From NCBI GenBank assembly GCA_041620675.1, contig JBFKCG010000001.1, positions 1 through 40,198 on the forward strand: a DNA stretch of 40,198 nt, in the 5' to 3' direction. The translations under genes and the position numbers were made by a program. Within the stretch, counting starts at the first letter, position 1; each line of letters starts with the position of its first letter. This document shows positions 27,018-34,769 of this stretch, in pieces. The stretch comes from Nevskiales bacterium (lineage in GTDB: Bacteria; Pseudomonadota; Gammaproteobacteria; Nevskiales; DATLYR01). The notes beneath the pieces were generated by a model. It did no database searches. It saw nothing but the letters and a program-made list of their open reading frames with translations, and had not been told where the DNA came from.

Positions 27018-28061
27018 CTACCTATGGTGTTCGACATCTAGATCTTCACGGAAGGCAAAATTGCGCAGTCGCCTCAGCATGCTTGGCGTCTCCTCTTCCG
27101 TTGCCAAGTCGTTCTCCGCTGGCAGCGATCGTTTCTGGGGTTGGGGGGGTTTCGCCAGTTCCGAGTGATGGCGCATGGCCGAAGCCACGGAAATCTTGGT
27201 AATCCCTTCGCGCAAGGGCTCGACCAGGAAACGGTAGGCATGCCCCTCGTCAATCATGCGGATCGCATCGTTTGCGCCAGCCCGGTTGGTAATGATGATC
27301 GTCACCAGTCGTGGCTGGTATTGCCTGAGCAAGCTCAGCAGGCTGTCCACCGACTTGCCCTGCACATTCGCCTGGGTCACGAAGACACCGACGTTTTGAT
27401 TGCGTAGCAGGTGCAAGGTGCATTCCGCCACACTGCCCGTGGCATGCACATCCGAAAAATTGCGGCGCAGTATCTTCTCGAGGTTTGCACGGCCATCGGG
27501 GTCGTTGTCCAAGATCATGATGCCGCTTTGCTTGCCCTTGCCGCTCGCGCCATTCCCTTTCCGGCCTGCTTTCGTACCGCCCTGGCCGTGCACCTCGCCA
27601 TTGCCATTGATTTGGCCTTTTGCATTCCCTGACGAGGCATCAGCTTTGGCCGGCTGGTCCGTCCCGTCTCCGAGAGCGCGTGCGTACTTCAGCGCGCGGT
27701 TGAGCGTATCCACCATTTCAACCTTGGAGCAGTCCCGGTTGACGACCCGAAACGACTCGCCTTCCTGCTCCGGATGAACGGCCGTTTCCATTTCCTCGTA
27801 GGCGATCAGCAGGACACGCATAAGTTTGGGTTGCAGCTCGGCTGCCATGCGCAGGAACTCAGCGCCACTCATTACGGGCATATGCTGTTCGCATACCACG
27901 ACATCCACCTTGTGTTTCTTCAGGATGTCCAGCGCCTCCGAGCAGCTTTTCGCAAGCAGGACGTCATATTTGCGGCGAAACAGTACGAGCATGCTGGAAA
28001 GCACTTCTGAATTGCTATTCACAAAAAGGGTGCATGCTCTACGGGCTGGTTGGTGACTCAT
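27018..28061 (-). CDS. Double pseudo-receiver protein (two degenerate REC domains, no output domain)
   Basis: It is a paralog of 28414..29352. REC1 reads FVNSNS / VVVCEQHMPVMSG / LLIAYE / VVNRDC. REC2 reads ILDNDP / VFVTQANVQG / IIITNR / FLVEPL. A G/N/K-rich linker joins the two domains. GAGG lies 9 nt before the ATG. Confidence 0.7.
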   Translation of the reverse strand: MSHQPARRACTLFVNSNSEVLSSMLVLFRRKYDVLLAKSCSEALDILKKHKVDVVVCEQHMPVMSGAEFLRMAAELQPKLMRVLLIAYEEMETAVHPEQEGESFRVVNRDCSKVEMVDTLNRALKYARALGDGTDQPAKADASSGNAKGQINGNGEVHGQGGTKAGRKGNGASGKGKQSGIMILDNDPDGRANLEKILRRNFSDVHATGSVAECTLHLLRNQNVGVFVTQANVQGKSVDSLLSLLRQYQPRLVTIIITNRAGANDAIRMIDEGHAYRFLVEPLREGITKISVASAMRHHSELAKPPQPQKRSLPAENDLATEEETPSMLRRLRNFAFREDLDVEHHR

Positions 28062-28413
28062 GGGTCTTACCTCTGGGTGCCGGCTCAGGCCGGCTACCCG
28101 TTGTCAGTAATGTGCCGTGGCGCCAGTACGATTGAACTTTGACTGGGCTGGCACATTTCCATTTCTCCTGACAACCAGCCTGTCACTAGCAAAGGCCTGT
28201 GTTCGTGCGCTGGGACACATTGCAGGAAAGAAAAAGGCCGAACTTGTGCACGATTGCTCATGCTTGGACAAAGGGCGCGACCACGCCAGAATCTCGTCCG
28301 GAATGGGATAGGCGGGGCACTCTGGACGGGCCCGGAAAGCGCGGATTGGCGGGGTAGGGGGAGCCTTTACCGCAGCCGGTGCTGCAAGAAGGATTGTGCT
28401 GAACCGCTGAGGC

Positions 28414-29352
28414 TCAGACGCCCTGGCGCGAGAACATCTTCTGACGCAATCGGGAGAGCAGGCTGATCTGGACGGGCTCAGCCTCGAGGTGCTCAACCTC
28501 ATGGCGCTTGGCCAAGGCTGGATTGCGCACCAGGACCTGATGGTGCCGTAGCGCCGACACTACGTTGAGCTTGGTCATGCCCTCCCGCAAGGGCTTGAGC
28601 AGGAAACGATAGACCTGGCCATGATTGATCATGGCAATGGCATTGTTGGCATCCGCGCGATCGGTAATGACCACCGACACCAGCTGCGGCTGGTATTGCT
28701 TGAGCAGTGCCAGCAGGCTCGTCACCGGCTTGCCCTCAACATAGGCCTCAGTCACGATCACACCGATATTCGGCTTCTCCAGCAGCAACTGTGCGCAATC
28801 GGCGATGTTGCTGGCGGCATGCACTTCGGCGAAATCCTTCTTCAATGCCCTCTCAAGGCTGGCGCGGCCGGCAGGATCGCTGTCCAGGACCAGCACGCCC
28901 GGCTCGTTACCGGCCTCAACCGCATCCGCCGCCTGCTGGGCGCCCGCCATCAGGCTGGCGCAATCTACCTTGGCCGCATCCACTGCCTTGGCCAGGGTTT
29001 CCTGCAAGTCTTCATTCGACCAGGGTTTATTCACGAAGCGAAAGATCTCGCCCTCGTTGATGGAGCCAATAATCGCATTCAACTCGGAATAGCCCGTCAA
29101 CAGCACGCGCATGACGTTCGGTCGCAGCTCGCGCGCCTGACGCAGCAATTCGATACCTGTCATTTCCGGCATGCGCTGGTCGCTGACAATCACATCGATC
29201 TCGCGGCTGCGCAAGATCTCCAATGCCTCGGCACCACTGGCTGCCACCAGCACTTCGTAACTGCGCTTGAACAGGATGCGCATGGTGTTGAGGATGCGCG
29301 GTTCGTCGTCGACGAACAGGATGCAGGGCTTGCGTGAGGCAACTTCTGTCAT
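28414..29352 (-). CDS. Response regulator with one canonical receiver and one pseudo-receiver domain, no output domain
   Basis: REC1 is canonical, with ILFVDDEP, DVIVSDQRMPEMTG, VLLTGYS and FRFVNKPW. REC2 has Glu at the acceptor position, with VLVLDSDP, VIVTEAYVEG, VVITDR and FLLKPL. Confidence 0.8.
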   Translation of the reverse strand: MTEVASRKPCILFVDDEPRILNTMRILFKRSYEVLVAASGAEALEILRSREIDVIVSDQRMPEMTGIELLRQARELRPNVMRVLLTGYSELNAIIGSINEGEIFRFVNKPWSNEDLQETLAKAVDAAKVDCASLMAGAQQAADAVEAGNEPGVLVLDSDPAGRASLERALKKDFAEVHAASNIADCAQLLLEKPNIGVIVTEAYVEGKPVTSLLALLKQYQPQLVSVVITDRADANNAIAMINHGQVYRFLLKPLREGMTKLNVVSALRHHQVLVRNPALAKRHEVEHLEAEPVQISLLSRLRQKMFSRQGV

Positions 29353-29539
29353 TCGTGTAATTCCCCCTGAACGCCGGTCATGCCGCCGGCTTTGGTGCAG
29401 GCAGACGACGACCGACGTGCCCGCACACGATGCAATACCACTATATAAACAAAGACGCTGGGCGAATGCCAGTCGCTATTGGCTGGTTCAGGAGAGGGTA
29501 GTCATTCAGGACCGCGGCCGAGTCAACGGCCGGTCAAAC

Positions 29540-29574
29540 GAAAGCACCCGGCCCGACCGTATGGTCGGGCCGGG
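29540..29574 (-). terminator. Probable intrinsic terminator of the etfBA operon
   Basis: A 12-bp perfect stem CCCGGCCCGACC-atac-GGTCGGGCCGGG (29547-29574) begins 10 nt after the etfA stop. On the minus strand it is followed by TGCTTTCGTTTG. Confidence 0.55.
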
Positions 29575-29584
29575 TCGCGAATCA

Positions 29585-30526
29585 TCAGAGCTTGGATTCG
29601 AGCTCGGGCAGGATCTTGAACAGGTCGCCGACCAGGCCGAAGTCAGCGACCTCGAAGATCGAGGCATCGGCATCGGAGTTGATGGCAACGATCGTGCCGG
29701 CATCCTTGATGCCTGCCAGATGCTGGATCGCGCCGGAAATGCCCACCGCGATATACAGCTCGGGGGCGATGATCTTGCCCGTCTGCCCGACCTGCATGTC
29801 GTTGGGCACATAACCGGAGTCCACTGCGGCGCGCGAGGCACCGACAGCAGCACCGAGCTTGTCAGCCAGCGAGTAGATGATCTTGAAGTTCTCCTCGCTG
29901 CCAACGCCACGACCCCCGGACACCACCTTGCGTGCGGACTGCAGGTCCGGGCGATCACCGCCCTCCTTCTTGAGGCCGAGATAACGCGTATGACTGGGCA
30001 GCGCAACGTCCACGCTCACTGCTTCCACGGCAGCACTGCCACTGGCAGCCGCCGCAGGCCAGGAGGCACTACGCACCGTGCCGACCACGGTTTCGCCCGC
30101 TGGCGTCTCCACCGTGGTGATGGCATTGCCGGCATAGATTGGCCGGTCAAAGCTGTTGGCACCATTCACGGACATAATGTCAGTGACCTGGGATACGCCC
30201 AGCAGGGCAGCCAGACGCGGCGCGAGATCCTTGCCGAACGTGGTATTGGGAGCCAGCACATGGCTGTAAGCCCCGTCCTTTGCCAGCTTGGCCAATTGTG
30301 GTGCCAGAACGGCCGCGACCGGGTTCGTGTTGGCGGCGTTGGCAACCGTCAGGACCTTGGCCACACCCTCCAGCTTGGCGGCCTCGGCGGCGGGAGCGGC
30401 CGGGTCAGCGGCCAGCACGGCGACGTGGATGTCGCCACCAATCCTGCCCGCGCAGTTCACGGCGCGCGCGGTGCTGGCGTTGAGTTTGCCGTCGCTATGT
30501 TCGGCGATGATCAGAATCTTGCTCAT
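29585..30526 (-). CDS. etfA: Electron transfer flavoprotein subunit alpha
   Basis: The sequence begins [15 protein letters not shown] and carries [54 protein letters not shown] and [11 protein letters not shown]. Confidence 0.92.
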   Translation of the reverse strand: MSKILIIAEHSDGKLNASTARAVNCAGRIGGDIHVAVLAADPAAPAAEAAKLEGVAKVLTVANAANTNPVAAVLAPQLAKLAKDGAYSHVLAPNTTFGKDLAPRLAALLGVSQVTDIMSVNGANSFDRPIYAGNAITTVETPAGETVVGTVRSASWPAAAASGSAAVEAVSVDVALPSHTRYLGLKKEGGDRPDLQSARKVVSGGRGVGSEENFKIIYSLADKLGAAVGASRAAVDSGYVPNDMQVGQTGKIIAPELYIAVGISGAIQHLAGIKDAGTIVAINSDADASIFEVADFGLVGDLFKILPELESKL

Positions 30527-30552
30527 GTCTTTGTCCTTTGAATGCTTGGGCT

Positions 30553-30616
30553 GTCATCCTGATTTCAGCGAAGGCTGCTGCAACGGAGCCTTCGGTGCTG
30601 TGCACTTCAGGATGAC
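30553..30616. repeat. 64-nt compound inverted repeat in the etfB-etfA intercistronic spacer
   Basis: The outer arms GTCATCCTGA (30553-30562) and TCAGGATGAC (30607-30616) are perfect complements. The inner arms GAAGGCT and AGCCTTC are also complementary. Confidence 0.5.
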
Positions 30617-30624
30617 AAGACGGT

Positions 30625-31371
30625 TTAAACCAGGCCTTTTTCCTTCAGCTTGGCGACGAGTTCATCCACGGTCTTGACCTTGATGCCAGGCGCACGTGCC
30701 GACGGCGGCACGGTCTTGACGGTCTTCAGGCCAGCGACAGCTTCCACGCCGAGATCAGCCAGCGTCGTCGCTTCAATCGGCTTCTTCTTGGCTTTCATGA
30801 TGTCTGGCAGCTTGAGATAGCGCGGCTCATTCAGGCGCAGGTCTGTGGTAATCACGGCCGGCAGGTCCACTTCCAGCGTTTCCAGCCCGGCGTCCACCTC
30901 GCGCGTCACGGTGGCCTTGCCGTCAGCGATCTCGACCTTGCCGGCAAAGGTGGCCTGCGCGCAATCCAGCAACGCGGCGGTCATCTGGCCAGTCTGGCTG
31001 TTGTCATCATCAATGGCCTGCTTGCCGGTGAACAGGATCTTCGCGTCTTCCTTCTTGACCAGCGCGGCCAGCACGCGTGCGGCGGTCAGTGGCTGCACGG
31101 CGGTGTCCGACTTCACATGAATGGCACGGTCAGCGCCGAAGGCCAGCGCGGTGCGTAGCTGTTCCTCGCATTTCTGCTCGCCGATGGTGACGGCGACCAC
31201 TTCCGTTACCACGCCCTTTTCCTTCAGGCGCATGGCTTCTTCCAGCGCGATCTCGTCAAAGGGGTTCATGCTCATCTTGACGCCGTCAGTGACGACACCG
31301 GAGCCATCGCCCTTGACCTGGATGCGGACGTTGTAGTCCACCACTCGTTTCACGCTGACTAGTACTTTCAT
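30625..31371 (-). CDS. etfB: Electron transfer flavoprotein subunit beta
   Basis: The sequence begins [20 protein letters not shown] and carries [32 protein letters not shown] and [18 protein letters not shown]. Confidence 0.92.
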   Translation of the reverse strand: MKVLVSVKRVVDYNVRIQVKGDGSGVVTDGVKMSMNPFDEIALEEAMRLKEKGVVTEVVAVTIGEQKCEEQLRTALAFGADRAIHVKSDTAVQPLTAARVLAALVKKEDAKILFTGKQAIDDDNSQTGQMTAALLDCAQATFAGKVEIADGKATVTREVDAGLETLEVDLPAVITTDLRLNEPRYLKLPDIMKAKKKPIEATTLADLGVEAVAGLKTVKTVPPSARAPGIKVKTVDELVAKLKEKGLV

Positions 31372-31489
31372 CGGACTCTCTCTTTAAGAAACATAGAAGG
31401 ATGTCGGCATCGTGCGCGGTTATGCGCCCAAGCCATATCTGGAGCCACCATCGCGATCGCGGACCCCAGTCACAAGCGCAACACGCGCC

Positions 31490-32695
31490 TTATTTCAGCT
31501 CCTGCGAAGTCTTGCCCAGGAGCCTGCGGGCAATGATTAATTGCTGAATCTGCTGGGTCCCCTCGAAGATGTCGAGGATCTTGGCATCCCGGGCCCACTT
31601 CTCCAGCAGGCTATTTTCGCTGTAACCAAGGCTACCGCACAACTCCACGCAGCGCAGCGCGATTTCGGTGCCCACGCGACCAGCCTTGGCCTTGGCCATG
31701 GAGGCCTGTAGGGAGTTGGGCTTGCGGTTGTCCGCCATCCACGCCGCCTGCAGGGTCAGCAGGTAGGCCGCCTCCCAATCCGCCTCCATCTGCAGGTAAC
31801 TGGCCGCGGCAGCTGACTGCACCTGCGCAGGACGGACATAGTCTATTGTGATGCCGGCCTGTTCCAGCAGCTGCCGGGTCTCGTCGAGTGCGGCGCGTGC
31901 CACGCCGATGGCCATTGCGGCCACCAGTGGTCGGGTGTTGTCAAAAGTCTGCATGACACCGGCAAACCCCTTCTCGACATTGATGGTTGGCTCACCCAAC
32001 AGGTTTGCCGCGGGGACCCGACAGTTGTCCAGGCGAATGGTGGCAGTATCGGAGGAGCGGATACCGAGCTTGTGCTCAAGACGCACCACCTCCATGCCCG
32101 GCGTGCCCTTGGGCACAACAAAGGACTTGATGGCAGCACGACCGGCCGCGCGGTCCAGCGTGGCCCACACCACTACCGCATCACAGCGCCCGCCGGCAGT
32201 GACGAAGATCTTTTCGCCATTGAGTATGTAATGGTCGCCCTCTTTGGTCGCGGTGGTGCGGATCGCTGCGGAATCCGATCCGCAGTGCGGCTCGGTGATG
32301 GCCATGCCGGCCCAGCAGCCCTTGAAGCGTTCGAGTTGCTCCTCGTTGGCCACCGAGGCAATGGCGGCATTGCCCAGCCCCTGTCGCGGCATCGACAGCA
32401 ACAGGCCCACATCCCCCCAGCACAGCGCCATTGTCCCTAGCGCCGTGGACATATTGCTGCCGTTCTTGTTGCCCTGCGCATCGCCATTGTCGCGCCGCAC
32501 GCCTGCGGCACCGGCACCACTTTCACCGGAGGCATTCATGCCATCCAGCAGCGCTGATAGCATGTCCAGCTCCTTGGGGTAGGCATGCTCGGCCACGTCG
32601 TACTTGCGCGAGTTCGCGCGAAAGATCTCGTTCGCCACCTGCCTGGCCTGATGCACCAGCATGGTGAATTTCTTGGGTACTTCCAGATTGATCAT
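31490..32695 (-). CDS. Acyl-CoA dehydrogenase
   Basis: The ACAD motifs AITEPHCGSD and KIFVTAGG are present. The catalytic-base region is ILDIFEGTQQIQQLIIAR. It starts 12 nt after the upstream ACAD. Confidence 0.9.
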   Translation of the reverse strand: MINLEVPKKFTMLVHQARQVANEIFRANSRKYDVAEHAYPKELDMLSALLDGMNASGESGAGAAGVRRDNGDAQGNKNGSNMSTALGTMALCWGDVGLLLSMPRQGLGNAAIASVANEEQLERFKGCWAGMAITEPHCGSDSAAIRTTATKEGDHYILNGEKIFVTAGGRCDAVVVWATLDRAAGRAAIKSFVVPKGTPGMEVVRLEHKLGIRSSDTATIRLDNCRVPAANLLGEPTINVEKGFAGVMQTFDNTRPLVAAMAIGVARAALDETRQLLEQAGITIDYVRPAQVQSAAAASYLQMEADWEAAYLLTLQAAWMADNRKPNSLQASMAKAKAGRVGTEIALRCVELCGSLGYSENSLLEKWARDAKILDIFEGTQQIQQLIIARRLLGKTSQELK

Positions 32696-32707
32696 CGTTA
32701 TCGCTCC

Positions 32708-34036
32708 CTAGACCAGCAGGCCGCCTTCCATGATTCCGATGGCCCTAAGGTCACGGTACCAACGCTCCACCGGATGCTCCTTGACGAAGCCATGTCCCCC
32801 CAGCAGCTGTACGCCGTCATTGCCGATACCCATGCCACGCTCCGCGCAAAGGCGGTGCGCCAACGCAAGCTCGCGCTCAAATGGTTTGCCCTGTTCCGCC
32901 CGACTGGCCGCACGCCAAGTCACCAGGCGCATGCCTTCCAGCTCAGTGGCGATAGTGGATACCATGAAGGCGACTGCCTGCCGGTGACTGATCGGCTCGC
33001 CAAACGCAGTGCGCTCATTCACGTAGGGAATGACGTAGTCCAGCACTGCCTGTGCCGTGCCAACTGCCAGGCTGCACCAGGCCAGGCGGGACAATTGGAT
33101 GCATTCGCGATAAAGCTCAGGACTGGCTTCGCCCAGTAGTGCACCACGGGGTAGCTTGACGTCCTTGAGGTGGACACGACCCATGCTGGCGGCACGCAGG
33201 CCCATCGACGGCTCGGCCTCAATGCTTAGGCCAGGACTGGCAGACTCGACGATAAAAAGCGCCGGGCCCTTGCCTTCAAGCTCGGCAGCAATGATAAACA
33301 CCTCCGCCTCGTGCGCGCGCACCACCTGTGACTTCACGCCGCTCAAGACATAGCCCCCGCCAACCTCGCGTGCCTTGGCCTGCAGCAGCAGCGGATCAAA
33401 CAGTGGCCGCGCTTCCTGGATCGCCAGGGCCGCGGCCGGCACCTTGTCGCCCACGAAGGCCGGCAGATAGGTCGACTGCTGCTCGGCATTGCCCCATTGC
33501 ACCAGCGCCTGGCTCACCGCCAACGGGGCCAGGCAAGCCACCGCCAGGCCCATGTCGCCCTGCGCCATCGCCTCATTGATCAGCACGTTCGTCATCACGG
33601 AACGTTCACTGCCGGCACCGCCGAGTTCCTCTGGCACCCCCATCAGGTTAAGCCCCAGGCCCATGCTGGCCGCGAGCAATTCGGCTGGCGCGGCGCAAGC
33701 CTCGTTGGCGACAGCCGCCACAGGACGCAGTTCTTCCATGGCGAAGCCAAGCACGCTCTCGCGCATCATCTGCTGTTCGTCAGTTGGCGTGAGGTCAAAC
33801 AGCTCGCGCGGTGCAACATGTCCCAGCCGCGCCGGCTTGAGCTGCTTCTGCATCGCCTTGAATGAACGCCCCACGCTGCCTGCCGTGCGAAAACCCAGCT
33901 TGGTTGCCTGGTACACCACACGCTCACTGGGCTTGCGCAGCCCCAGCTTGTCAATCAATGACCAGCCGGCAAACAGGTTCAGCAGGGCCAGGCCGAAGCC
34001 CATGCTGTCGCGTTTATTCGTGCCTGCACTACTCAT
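32708..34036 (-). CDS. Acyl-CoA dehydrogenase family protein with ~90-aa N-terminal extension and short C-terminus
   Basis: The ACAD core carries LNLMGVPEELGG, AAALAIQEA and GGHGFVKEHPVERWYRDLRAIGIMEGG. The protein ends 5 residues after the EG of the catalytic-base motif. The N-terminus has a hydrophobic segment, GFGLALLNLFAGWSLI. Confidence 0.8.
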   Translation of the reverse strand: MSSAGTNKRDSMGFGLALLNLFAGWSLIDKLGLRKPSERVVYQATKLGFRTAGSVGRSFKAMQKQLKPARLGHVAPRELFDLTPTDEQQMMRESVLGFAMEELRPVAAVANEACAAPAELLAASMGLGLNLMGVPEELGGAGSERSVMTNVLINEAMAQGDMGLAVACLAPLAVSQALVQWGNAEQQSTYLPAFVGDKVPAAALAIQEARPLFDPLLLQAKAREVGGGYVLSGVKSQVVRAHEAEVFIIAAELEGKGPALFIVESASPGLSIEAEPSMGLRAASMGRVHLKDVKLPRGALLGEASPELYRECIQLSRLAWCSLAVGTAQAVLDYVIPYVNERTAFGEPISHRQAVAFMVSTIATELEGMRLVTWRAASRAEQGKPFERELALAHRLCAERGMGIGNDGVQLLGGHGFVKEHPVERWYRDLRAIGIMEGGLLV

Positions 34037-34118
34037 GATGGATGTCCTGAAATGGTTGTTCTTGAAACGGCTGTTCTTGGAGCTGCCGCGATTGCAGGCA
34101 CTCCACTGTGGTTTGTAC

Positions 34119-34619
34119 TCAGCGTGACGTGGCGGCGTTGATGCCGTCCTCAGGCAGACCCAGCTCCCGGCCCAGCTTGACGAAATAATGCTCGACCAGC
34201 GCCGCGAACTTGCCCTGGATAAAGGCGGGCGCCACCAAGCGGAACATCAAGGGGATCGGCACATCACGCAGCTCGCCATTCACGCACAGGCTCATGTGCG
34301 TATGTCCCTCACGCTCGTGCATCTGCAGTTGCCCCTCGATATGCGCGTTGCCCTTGCCCTTGACCGGTCGCCAGTGCACGAGGCCCTTGCTCGAATCGAC
34401 CATGAACTTGGCGGCAAAGCTGACTTCGTGGGAAATGTTCGCCACCTTGGAGCCGATGGGTGCCAGTTCCCACAAGTGCGAACCATCCTTCTGGCGCGTC
34501 AGCCTGCGCAGCTTGGGGAAAAGCCGGATCGTACTTTCGACATCCTGCAGGAGGACCTGTGCCTCGGAGAAATTGACGGGGATCAGGCTGCTGCGCTCGA
34601 TTTCAATTTTGACGTTCAT
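34119..34619 (-). CDS. SRPBCC/START-like superfamily protein (tentative)
   Basis: The 166-aa size and alternating beta-rich pattern fit this superfamily, and the protein has no signal peptide. It is the first gene of the ACAD-ACAD-etfBA string. The family assignment is only an impression. Confidence 0.5.
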   Translation of the reverse strand: MNVKIEIERSSLIPVNFSEAQVLLQDVESTIRLFPKLRRLTRQKDGSHLWELAPIGSKVANISHEVSFAAKFMVDSSKGLVHWRPVKGKGNAHIEGQLQMHEREGHTHMSLCVNGELRDVPIPLMFRLVAPAFIQGKFAALVEHYFVKLGRELGLPEDGINAATSR

Positions 34620-34697
34620 GCTGGCTCATTCGGGTCAATGGGGTCGATCAGGGGCTTACGGTGCCAATACTGGCCGCCCCCGGCTATGGCTTGCAGG

Positions 34698-34713
34698 TGA
34701 CAAGGCCTTGTCA
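34698..34713. promoter_or_regulatory. Perfect 16-bp palindrome TGACAAGGCCTTGTCA in a divergent promoter region (candidate operator)
   Basis: I read it directly from the sequence. It lies between the SRPBCC-ACAD operon start (34619) and the AraC regulator start (34770). It overlaps one arm of a second inverted repeat, TCATTTG (34711-34717) / CAAATGA (34738-34744). Confidence 0.35.
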
Positions 34714-34769
34714 TTTGGGCAAACTTGGCCCTGTGGACAAATGATTGAATGCAGATATATCAATAAGTT

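Noticed and set aside
28149-28164. A TGGCAC element resembling the -24 box of a sigma-54 promoter.
   Set aside because: It is on the plus strand, pointing away from both flanking minus-strand genes. The expected TTGC at -12 is absent (it reads CATTT).
28117-28311. A 64-aa plus-strand ORF, together with the overlapping minus-strand ORF 28104..28502, in the spacer between the receiver paralogs. These were considered as a possible small partner gene.
   Set aside because: GC3 is near 50 percent, against the strong bias of real genes here. There is no SD and no motif. The minus-strand ORF overlaps the real gene's 3' end out of frame.
29267-30541. A 424-aa ORF on the plus strand.
   Set aside because: It is entirely antisense to the unambiguous etfA gene. 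Its product is Arg/Gly-rich and low in complexity. Long antisense ORFs of this kind are expected in GC-rich DNA.
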